A stretch of 41,211 nt of DNA from a virus. Positions 33,615-40,508 of this stretch are shown here, piece by piece. Numbering within the stretch: position 1 is the first letter of the stretch; each line of letters begins with the position of its first letter. Both the position numbers and the translations under genes were made by a program. The notes beneath the pieces are model-generated. The model was not told where the DNA came from and ran no database searches. It saw only the letters and a program-made list of their open reading frames with translations. Location of the stretch: IMG/VR virus record IMGVR_UViG_3300045163_000020; one strand, 5' to 3'.

Positions 33615-34373
33615 TCATCCGAGGTCGAAGGGGATCGGCATGTTCTCGGTGAGCTTCTGGTGCAGTGCCTCGAGTCCCTTGGCGGTGATGCGGATGGTCG
33701 GTGCCGGCATCTCGAAGTCTCCGGTCTTCCGGTTCAGGAACTGGGTCGCCGGCCGCTCGTGGAGCCTGTCGAGGTCCACCTGCGTCTGGTAGGCGCACCA
33801 GCCGCCCCTCTTGCCCTTGGCCTTGTAGATCCAGCCGATGCTGGCGAGCATGTCGAACAACCGGTTCCTGCCGATGCTGATGCGCTCGTCCTGGGAGAGG
33901 ATCTTCGCGGCGTCCGCGACACCGAGGTCTCCTTCCGCGTCGGCGAGGTGGGTCCACGCGTTGGCCTTCGGCTCGATCTCGGCGATGACCGACTCGAGTT
34001 CCTCGACGCGCTGGGTGGTGATGGCGAGTGCCTGGGCGACGATCTGGTCATCGGTGAGCGCCGTCGGCTGCTGCTGTGCCCGCTTCTCGCACTCGATGAA
34101 GTACTGACGCGCCTGCCGACCCCGGTCGGTGCGCTGGATCATGGCCAACTCCTTCGCCATGTCCAGGGACAGGGCGTGATCCTGACGGGGCCGACCTCCG
34201 GTGCTTACGGGGGAAATTCCCGTAAAGTCCTCGCCTTCGGCGAACCCGTAGGCACACATGTCCCGGAACCAGTGCGAGTAGTCGTTCTTCACGCCGAGGA
34301 ACCCGTGGAGGGCGCGGCCGCTCACCGCCTGCCGTCCGTCGGAGGTCTGGGTGATCGGGATCAGCTCGCTCAT
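33615..34373 (-). CDS. Phage antirepressor (AntA/AntB N-terminal domain plus KilAC C-terminal domain)
   Basis: 252 aa. GRQAVSGRALHGFLGVKNDYSHWFRDMCAYGFAEGEDF (Ant-type) and AKILSQDERISIGRNRLFDMLASIGWIYK (KilAC-type). Confidence 0.8.
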   Translation of the reverse strand: MSELIPITQTSDGRQAVSGRALHGFLGVKNDYSHWFRDMCAYGFAEGEDFTGISPVSTGGRPRQDHALSLDMAKELAMIQRTDRGRQARQYFIECEKRAQQQPTALTDDQIVAQALAITTQRVEELESVIAEIEPKANAWTHLADAEGDLGVADAAKILSQDERISIGRNRLFDMLASIGWIYKAKGKRGGWCAYQTQVDLDRLHERPATQFLNRKTGDFEMPAPTIRITAKGLEALHQKLTENMPIPFDLG

Positions 34374-34645
34374 GCCGGCACCTCCGTCTGCTCGTCAACG
34401 CCGTCAAGGTCCCGGGCTTCGGGGTCGTAGGCGAGGTGTCCTCGGATGGTGGCGTCGATCTGGTCGTCGGTGACGGACTCCCCCTCGTCGCGGAGATCCA
34501 GGAGGACGTCGATGACGTCCTCGGTGTAGACCTCAGCGTCCGGGTGGAAGGCGTCGCGGATGCGGCGGTTGACGATGGCCCGCATCCAGGCGCGGTCGCC
34601 GGTGTCTTCAGCAGCGTCGAGCTCGTCGAATTCGTAGTCCCTCAT
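34370..34645 (-). CDS. Hypothetical acidic protein (91 aa)
   Basis: ORF-track entry. Second gene of the early operon. Confidence 0.6.
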   Translation of the reverse strand: MRDYEFDELDAAEDTGDRAWMRAIVNRRIRDAFHPDAEVYTEDVIDVLLDLRDEGESVTDDQIDATIRGHLAYDPEARDLDGVDEQTEVPA

Positions 34646-34674
34646 GGTCTTCCCTCCTTCGTGGTGTGTCGTGG

Positions 34675-34911
34675 TCAGGCGACCGCACTGGGCTGCTCTG
34701 CACTGACCGCTCGGAACAGGGAGTCGAACGGCACTCCGAAGCCAAGACAGGCGCCAGCAACGAAGCCGGCCGAGACGTTCTCCCCCTCCATGGCTCGCCG
34801 GTAGGTCTGCCGACCGACGCCGATCTTCTCGGCAGCGCGGCTTTCGGTCAGGCCATGCAGCTCCACGAGCTTCTTCATCTGGTCCACGCGAACCTTGAGC
34901 GTGTTTGTCAC
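34675..34911 (-). CDS. XRE-family HTH regulator (Cro-like, first gene of the early operon)
   Basis: GTG 34911 lies 7 nt after GGAGG. LTESRAAEKIGVGRQTYRRAMEGENVS is an XRE HTH. Confidence 0.7.
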   Translation of the reverse strand: MTNTLKVRVDQMKKLVELHGLTESRAAEKIGVGRQTYRRAMEGENVSAGFVAGACLGFGVPFDSLFRAVSAEQPSAVA

Positions 34912-35054
34912 TGGCTTACCTCCTCGTCGTGATGGCTTAACCGTAGGCCATTCTGGCCCATTCGTCAACCAGTCGCGCCGGACACGGTGGCTTGTAGTTA
35001 ATCCACGCAGGTCATATGTGCTCATGGTGGCTTATCCGTGTACCATCTATCTAC
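34912..35054. promoter_or_regulatory. Divergent immunity-switch region with repeated TGGCTT(A/G) motifs
   Basis: The 13-mer ca(c/t)ggtggctt(g/a)t is present twice, at 34983..34995 and 35023..35035. There are two more tggctta copies, at 34912..34918 and 34933..34939. AT-richer patches (tagttaat, catatg, ctatctacat) could hold -10 elements. Confidence 0.4.
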
Positions 35055-35579
35055 ATGGACAACGTTCACACATGGGTCACCCGGATCACTTCTGGCGCAT
35101 CGTGGCGCGCCATTGCCGACCGCCTAGGGACCACTCACAGCACGATCCAGAGACGCCTCGTAAATGACACTGCGTCCGCGGTCGTCGACCTTGCGACCGC
35201 CTACTCGGTCAATCCCATCGGCGGCCTGCTTGCCGCTGGCGTCATCACGCAGGAGCAGCTCGCCGAGTACTCCCGCCCGGCGCGCCTCGAGGAGCTCGAC
35301 GATCTAGAACTCGCGCAAGCGGTTGTCGATCGGATTGCGGCGCGGCAGGAGAGTCCCCTCTCGACGCTGACGGAGTTCCCTGCCGGGGGTAAGGATCAGC
35401 TGGGAAACGTGTCTGTGTTTACCCCCGAACGTTCGAAAGATGGCGCAAGTGTCCGGTCACAGAGTGATGATGACGGCACTGTCCGTGACTTCGACTGGGA
35501 ACCCGGCACGTACGCCGCGGACGGCAGCACTGATGAGCAAGAGGCGCGGGAGGCGCGGGGTGAAGACCCCATCGACTGA
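35055..35579 (+). CDS. HTH DNA-binding protein with an acidic tail (candidate prophage repressor)
   Basis: ATG 35055 has no SD and is possibly leaderless. SWRAIADRLGTTHSTIQRRL is an HTH. First gene of the plus-strand lysogeny module. Confidence 0.6.
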   Translation: MDNVHTWVTRITSGASWRAIADRLGTTHSTIQRRLVNDTASAVVDLATAYSVNPIGGLLAAGVITQEQLAEYSRPARLEELDDLELAQAVVDRIAARQESPLSTLTEFPAGGKDQLGNVSVFTPERSKDGASVRSQSDDDGTVRDFDWEPGTYAADGSTDEQEAREARGEDPID

Positions 35580-35964
35580 GAGACTGATCGACGTGGCGTA
35601 CAGCCACGGTGTCCAGGTGCGGTGGCACCGGAGTGGCCCGAAGGGTGCGTTCCGGTGCGGGCCACCGCCGACTATCACGATCCGGTACGGGATGACCGAT
35701 GCGGAGACGGTGAGTGCCCTGGCGCACGAGATCGGGCACGCGGCCCACGGGGACCGGTGCGGGCTGGATCCGGCCGCGGAGCGGCGGGCGTGGCGACATG
35801 CGGCCCGGCTGCTCGTGGACCCGGACGACTATCGCCGGGCCGAGGAGGAAGTCGGGTGTCATCCGGCGCTTCTGGCTCATGAGCTTGCTGTGACCACCGA
35901 GGTGATCCGCACCTGGTGGGAGATCCATTCTGACCTGAGGAGTCAATGCAATGAACGTCCGTAG
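35533..35964 (+). CDS. immA: ImmA/IrrE-family (M78-like) zinc metallopeptidase
   Basis: ALAHEIGHAAHGD is an HExxH motif in a protein of about 140 aa, next to an HTH regulator and upstream of int. The start is ATG 35533 or GTG 35560. Confidence 0.65.
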   Translation: MSKRRGRRGVKTPSTERLIDVAYSHGVQVRWHRSGPKGAFRCGPPPTITIRYGMTDAETVSALAHEIGHAAHGDRCGLDPAAERRAWRHAARLLVDPDDYRRAEEEVGCHPALLAHELAVTTEVIRTWWEIHSDLRSQCNERP

Positions 35965-36334
35965 AAACCTGGCCGCCGGGGTAACGGCCGCCGCCCTGAT
36001 GCTTCCGCTTGCCGCGTGTTCCGGAGAGTCCACCAGCGGCGGTTCGGGGAGTGCCGACTCGAAGGACGGCGACGAGTACCACGGGGTCGGCCGCGCGGAG
36101 TCCAGGAACGCCTGCCACGACAGGGTCAAGGAGCAGCTGCCGGCTCCGAGGAGCGCAGACTTCGAGGGCCTCACCGAGGGAACGTGGAACGAGACGTACC
36201 GCGGCGTGAACTTCTCCGGTTGGGTCGATTCGGAGAACAGGATGGGTGCGACCACGCGGGCGATGTACGACTGCGAGGTCTACTACGACGGTGGCGACCT
36301 CATGGTGTCGCGTCCAGAGATCATCCAGAGATAA
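35951..36334 (+). CDS. Secreted lipoprotein (candidate superinfection-exclusion or lysogenic-conversion factor)
   Basis: MNVRRNLAAGVTAAALMLPLAACSG is a signal peptide with a lipobox (LAAC). Lies between immA and int. Confidence 0.7.
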   Translation: MNVRRNLAAGVTAAALMLPLAACSGESTSGGSGSADSKDGDEYHGVGRAESRNACHDRVKEQLPAPRSADFEGLTEGTWNETYRGVNFSGWVDSENRMGATTRAMYDCEVYYDGGDLMVSRPEIIQR

Positions 36335-36338
36335 GAAT

Positions 36339-36371
36339 GGCCCCCACTCGCCGGGCAGGGCGGTGGGGGCC
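36339..36371 (+). terminator. Stem-loop between the lipoprotein gene and int
   Basis: ggcccccac (36339..36347) pairs with gtgggggcc (36363..36371). No U tract. Confidence 0.3.
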
Positions 36372-36410
36372 GAAGTGTCTACAGCAACAGCAGACAGGAG
36401 AAGCGTACTC

Positions 36411-37631
36411 ATGAGCATCCAGCGGCGCCCGAAGAAGGGCAAGGACAAGGCCGGTCAGGTGAAGTGGGTCGTTCGGTACCGGGACCATGCCGGCGACGAG
36501 CACTCGAAGACCTTCACCTACGACGAGTACGACCAACCCCACGAGGCGGCGAAGGACTACGACGCCGCGATGCGGGACCAGCTGCGCCGGGGCACCTGGA
36601 TCGACCCCGAGGTCCAGCAGACGACCGTGCTCACCCTGTGCGAGCAGTGGCGGGACCAGGCGGTGCGCGACGGGACGGTGAAGGATCGCCAGTTCCTCTG
36701 CGACAATCTCGGCCCCATGGGCGCCTACCCGGCCGGGCAGGTCACCAAGTCGATGGTCACCACCTGGGTCAAGCGCCTACGGGAGGGGCGACCCTGGGCG
36801 GACGGGCGGCCCCTGTCCGAGAAGAACGTGATCAACCGGTGTGGTCAGCTGCGCAACGTCCTGGCCCGCGCCATGGATGACGGGATGATCGGACGGAACC
36901 CTGCCTCGCACCTGAAGAACCAGCCGACGATCGAGGCCCGCGTCGAGGAGCGCATGGTGCCGACCGTCGAGCAGATCAAGGCCCTGTGCGCTGCCGCGGA
37001 CGCCGGCGGATCCTGGGTGGACGACGAGGACGTGACCCGGGACCTGTCCCCCACCCCGTGGCTGACGCTGTGCATCCACATCGCTATGGAGACCGGTCTG
37101 CGCTCCGGGGAGGTCGCCGGCCTCATGGTCCGGGACGTCGACCTCGAGCAGAAGATCCTGCGGGTCCGCCAGCAGTGCGGCAAGCGCCTCGGCGAGTACG
37201 CACCCCTGAAGTCGAAGAGCTCCCGGCGCGATGTGCCGATCTCGGCGGCGCTGGCGCGGGAGCTGCGGAGTGCGATCGCGGGGCGTGGTGGTGATGAGCC
37301 GGTGGTGTCCGGGGCGCGGGGTGCCGGGGTGACGTCGCGGGTTATCTCGGAGCGGTTCCCGAAGGTGCGGGCCGTGGCCGGTGTTCCGGCTGGCGTGAGT
37401 TTCCACGGGCTGCGGCACTTCTTCGCGACGGAGATGCTGAATGCCCGGGTCGCCCCGTTGACGGTGTCGGCGTTGCTGGGGCACGGGTCGCTGGCGGTGA
37501 CGGCGAAGGTGTATGCGCACTGGATGCCGGGGCGGATTGACGATGCGCGGGGTGCGCTGCGGTCTCTTGCGGGATCGTTGCGGGATGACGTGCCTGCGTT
37601 GCGGGTTGTGAGTGACGCTGACCTGGGGTGA
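36411..37631 (+). CDS. int: Tyrosine integrase
   Basis: ATG 36411 (GGAG upstream). The N-terminal SAM-like region is followed by a catalytic region with RSGEVAGL, HGLRHFFAT and LGHGSLAVTAKVYAH (R, HxxR, H, Y). Confidence 0.9.
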   Translation: MSIQRRPKKGKDKAGQVKWVVRYRDHAGDEHSKTFTYDEYDQPHEAAKDYDAAMRDQLRRGTWIDPEVQQTTVLTLCEQWRDQAVRDGTVKDRQFLCDNLGPMGAYPAGQVTKSMVTTWVKRLREGRPWADGRPLSEKNVINRCGQLRNVLARAMDDGMIGRNPASHLKNQPTIEARVEERMVPTVEQIKALCAAADAGGSWVDDEDVTRDLSPTPWLTLCIHIAMETGLRSGEVAGLMVRDVDLEQKILRVRQQCGKRLGEYAPLKSKSSRRDVPISAALARELRSAIAGRGGDEPVVSGARGAGVTSRVISERFPKVRAVAGVPAGVSFHGLRHFFATEMLNARVAPLTVSALLGHGSLAVTAKVYAHWMPGRIDDARGALRSLAGSLRDDVPALRVVSDADLG

Positions 37632-37817
37632 TGGTGTCCGGGCGGGGTCTGGCTACACGTTGAACTTGAACTACCGCCCATCATACCGCCACCTGCGGTT
37701 CCGCAAACCTGCAGGTCACGCAGCACTGCTCCCGCCGCGTCCGCCGCGTCCGCCGTCGTCTCCGGAGTCTCGTGCGGGATGGATGCGGGATGGCAGGACC
37801 CCTTCCGGAACGAGAAC
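37632..37817. other. Candidate attP region
   Basis: Non-coding stretch immediately 3-prime of int. Holds short direct repeats (ttgaac x2, ccgcgtccg x2, gcgggatgg x2) and a local low-GC patch. The core cannot be defined without the host attB. Confidence 0.3.
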
Positions 37818-37850
37818 AAGGCCCCGCCATCATCACGATGGCGGGGCCTT
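37818..37850. terminator. Perfect 14-bp stem-loop terminating the lysis cassette (and possibly int from the other side)
   Basis: aaggccccgccatc-atcac-gatggcggggcctt, 2 nt beyond the stop at 37852. Confidence 0.6.
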
Positions 37851-37851
37851 C

Positions 37852-38205
37852 TCAGATGTCCGCTTCAAGCTCCACGGGAACGTCCTTCCTGCGCTCCGGA
37901 TGCAGAACGAGGAGCTGACGGATGAAGGCGAGGGCGGCCCGGTACTTCCGCTCGAGCGCGTCGAGCCTGCCCTCCATCGTCCGCATCTCCTTCTCAAGAC
38001 CGCGGACCCGCTCCCGCGACTCCTTCATGTCCGCCTTGAGTCCCTGAATCTCCTGACGCTGCTGACTGGTGAAGGCGTTCCAGTCCGGGCCACGAGCCAC
38101 GTCCCGGTCCCCGGTGGCTTTCGCCCGGGAGGATGCGACAAGATAGATGCCGCCGATGATGGCAGCTGCGGTGCCGGCGAGGGCGCTCAGCACGGTCTCG
38201 ATCAT
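37852..38205 (-). CDS. Membrane-anchored coiled-coil protein of the lysis cassette
   Basis: ATG 38205 follows GGGAGGTGG (ATGA overlap). N-terminal TM AGTAAAIIGGIYLVA, then a coiled coil. Confidence 0.65.
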   Translation of the reverse strand: MIETVLSALAGTAAAIIGGIYLVASSRAKATGDRDVARGPDWNAFTSQQRQEIQGLKADMKESRERVRGLEKEMRTMEGRLDALERKYRAALAFIRQLLVLHPERRKDVPVELEADI

Positions 38206-38651
38206 CGGTCCACCTCCCGCACCCTGATCTCGGTCCGACTCCCCCGCCACACAGACCACAGGGCCAGCGTGGCGACCCCCGCATACACTCCGGCGCCACC
38301 CCACCCTGGCGCGGCCGGCCGGTCCGCCTGAAACGATCCGAGGAAGATGGACACCGCCCACAGGCCGTTGAGCCCGACGGCGACGGAGAAGGACAGGTTC
38401 GCAACCCAGCTGTGATGTCGAGATGCAGCGGCGAGGCAGGCGACGCCGACGGCCGTCCAGATCACCGCCCAGATCGTCACGTCGAAGAACTGCTCGATCG
38501 GATGACTCGACGGTGGGCGCTGCAGGTAACTGACACCCCGTGCTGCACACTCTGCGCCGAGGACCAGGAGGACAGCGGCATCAGTCATGAGGAAGCCCCG
38601 CAGGCTTTCGGCTGCGGGGCGGAGTCGGGGTGGTAGACGGTCGATTGGCAC
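38202..38651 (-). CDS. Multi-pass membrane protein (holin-like)
   Basis: About four hydrophobic segments. The start is GTG 38651 or ATG 38588. Confidence 0.6.
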   Translation of the reverse strand: MPIDRLPPRLRPAAESLRGFLMTDAAVLLVLGAECAARGVSYLQRPPSSHPIEQFFDVTIWAVIWTAVGVACLAAASRHHSWVANLSFSVAVGLNGLWAVSIFLGSFQADRPAAPGWGGAGVYAGVATLALWSVWRGSRTEIRVREVDR

Positions 38652-38657
38652 GGGTGG

Positions 38658-39011
38658 TCACCGCCCCTCGTAGTAGCCGGCCACCGACGTCGCCGGGGAC
38701 TCCGGCACGGCAGCGTGCTTGCCCGGCTCACCCTGCAGGTGCTCCGCCACTGCAGCGGCGATGGCCGGCGCTGACGGAATGTCCGCGGCGGTGAGTGTGG
38801 AGTCGGATCCGGCGTTGGTGTGCGCGGACGCCCACGCCGGCCCGATGGTTCCGAGCAGCACCGCAATGATCTGCGGCGCCTTCTCGAGGATCTGGTCGGA
38901 CTGAATCTCCGACAGAACCCCGAAGTAGCCGAGGGCGGCGACCGCGACAGCGATAACCGCCTGGGCGATCTTCCGCACCTGCCACGGTGCGGGGCTCTTC
39001 TTCGTGGTCAT
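38658..39011 (-). CDS. Holin candidate
   Basis: ATG 39011 overlaps the endolysin stop (ATGA). TM segments IAQAVIAVAVAALGYFGVL and IIAVLLGTIGPAW. Confidence 0.65.
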   Translation of the reverse strand: MTTKKSPAPWQVRKIAQAVIAVAVAALGYFGVLSEIQSDQILEKAPQIIAVLLGTIGPAWASAHTNAGSDSTLTAADIPSAPAIAAAVAEHLQGEPGKHAAVPESPATSVAGYYEGR

Positions 39012-40453
39012 CGGATCAGTCCCTTCTTCTTCGAGGCAGCGTCGGCCGCCGCCTGTGCATCGGCGAGGATCTTCAGCAGCTCGCCGACGGCGTCGACGAT
39101 CGTCTGGTTGTCGAGGAACGGCCAGCCCGTGTATGCCCAGGTGCCGTCCGGCTTCTTGCCTGGGCCGAACACCTGGTCGCACAGGCGACTCACTGCGTCT
39201 ACGAGCGTGAGGTTCCCCAGCTGCGGCCACTCATGGAGCAGCTGGTGGTGCACCTCCTCGAGGAGGCGTTCCTGATCGGGGGTCATGTCTTCTTCTCCTT
39301 CAGTCGTGTCGGTTGCCCAGGCGGATGCCCAGGCGTATTCGCGCGGGGGGATCATGGTGGCGAACTGGTCGAACGTCACCCACGAGCCGTGCGGGTCGAA
39401 CCCGCTGTCGGCCAGCCAGACGTGGCGGACACCGCCGGTGTCGCGGGCGTACCCCATGACCGCGAGGTAGTGCATGACGAATCCACCGCCGTAGTGCAGG
39501 TTCTCCGTGGAGGTGTAGGACGCCCGCGGGTAGTTTTCCGGCGGGACCCAGATGTTCGCCGCCACCCCTACGCCGCCGTTGATGGACGCGACGATGCGCG
39601 ACCACAACTGCTCTTTCTCGTCGTCGTGGGGCGGGTCGTTCGGCATGGCGCCGACCTGCCACTCCCCGCCGATTCGGTCGTTGAGTACCCGGGCGAGCTG
39701 ACCGACATTGGCGGTCCCCTCCACGGTCGTGCCGAGCTCACTGGCGAGCGTCGCCTCGTCGACCATCTGCCCGGTACGGGCCTGAATCAGCGTCTGCGTG
39801 GTCGCCGGACCGCACCAGTAGTAGGTGTCCTGCCCGATCTCGGTCCTGCTGTAGTCCAGACGCTTCTCCACAGTGGGCACCGCCGGCGCCTCCCCGGGCA
39901 GCAGTCGCTCCCCCAGTTCCTTGCAGTGTGCGAGTCGCTCCTTCCGGTCCGCCAGGCCGTTGGTTCCGCCGTTGATCGACCGGGTGACGGCCACGACATC
40001 ATCCGCATCGCACTGCGCGTTGAGGTTCGGGCGGGCGACCGTCCAGTACCAGGACGCGGCGAGGAACCCCCACCGTGGATCCGAGCGCACCAGCTCCGGC
40101 TGCGCCTCGAAGTCCAGGTCGGTGAATCCCTGCTGCTGCGCCCACCGAGTGAACGCCCGGAAGTTCGCCCGCCCGGTGAGCTGGATCGGGCCGGACCCCT
40201 TGAACCTCTGCCCATCACCGGGCTGCGTGTTGCCGAGGTCGGAGCGCCCCTCGTAGGCCGAGCCGTCGGCGAGTTCCTCCATGTACCGGAGTCCCGCCGA
40301 CTCGTGACCGATCTGCGCGCACCAGTGCGCCGCCCGCAGCGCGGTAGTCACCCCGGCGGCGACCATCGCGGCATTGAACGCCGGGGTGTGCCGCTCGTAG
40401 TCCGACAGCGACAGGCTCCCGCCCATCGCCTCAGACAGTGTCTGTGCATCCAT
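39008..40453 (-). CDS. Modular endolysin: GH19-type glycosidase plus papain/C39-like cysteine peptidase plus a C-terminal domain
   Basis: AQIGHESAGLRYMEE...GSGPIQLTGRANF (GH19 pattern). YYWCGPATTQ and MHYLAVMGY (Cys and His of a C39-like peptidase). SD GAAGGAGGAAG upstream. Confidence 0.85.
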   Translation of the reverse strand: MDAQTLSEAMGGSLSLSDYERHTPAFNAAMVAAGVTTALRAAHWCAQIGHESAGLRYMEELADGSAYEGRSDLGNTQPGDGQRFKGSGPIQLTGRANFRAFTRWAQQQGFTDLDFEAQPELVRSDPRWGFLAASWYWTVARPNLNAQCDADDVVAVTRSINGGTNGLADRKERLAHCKELGERLLPGEAPAVPTVEKRLDYSRTEIGQDTYYWCGPATTQTLIQARTGQMVDEATLASELGTTVEGTANVGQLARVLNDRIGGEWQVGAMPNDPPHDDEKEQLWSRIVASINGGVGVAANIWVPPENYPRASYTSTENLHYGGGFVMHYLAVMGYARDTGGVRHVWLADSGFDPHGSWVTFDQFATMIPPREYAWASAWATDTTEGEEDMTPDQERLLEEVHHQLLHEWPQLGNLTLVDAVSRLCDQVFGPGKKPDGTWAYTGWPFLDNQTIVDAVGELLKILADAQAAADAASKKKGLIR

Positions 40454-40473
40454 TCTTCCTCCTTCTGATGTGC

Positions 40474-40502
40474 GAAAACCCCGGCGCGGTGTGCGTCCGG
40501 GG
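40474..40502 (-). terminator. Intrinsic terminator after the LRR tail gene
   Basis: The minus strand reads ccccgg(a)cgc-acacc-gcgccgggg followed by ttttcgc. Confidence 0.55.
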
Positions 40503-40508
40503 CTGGGG

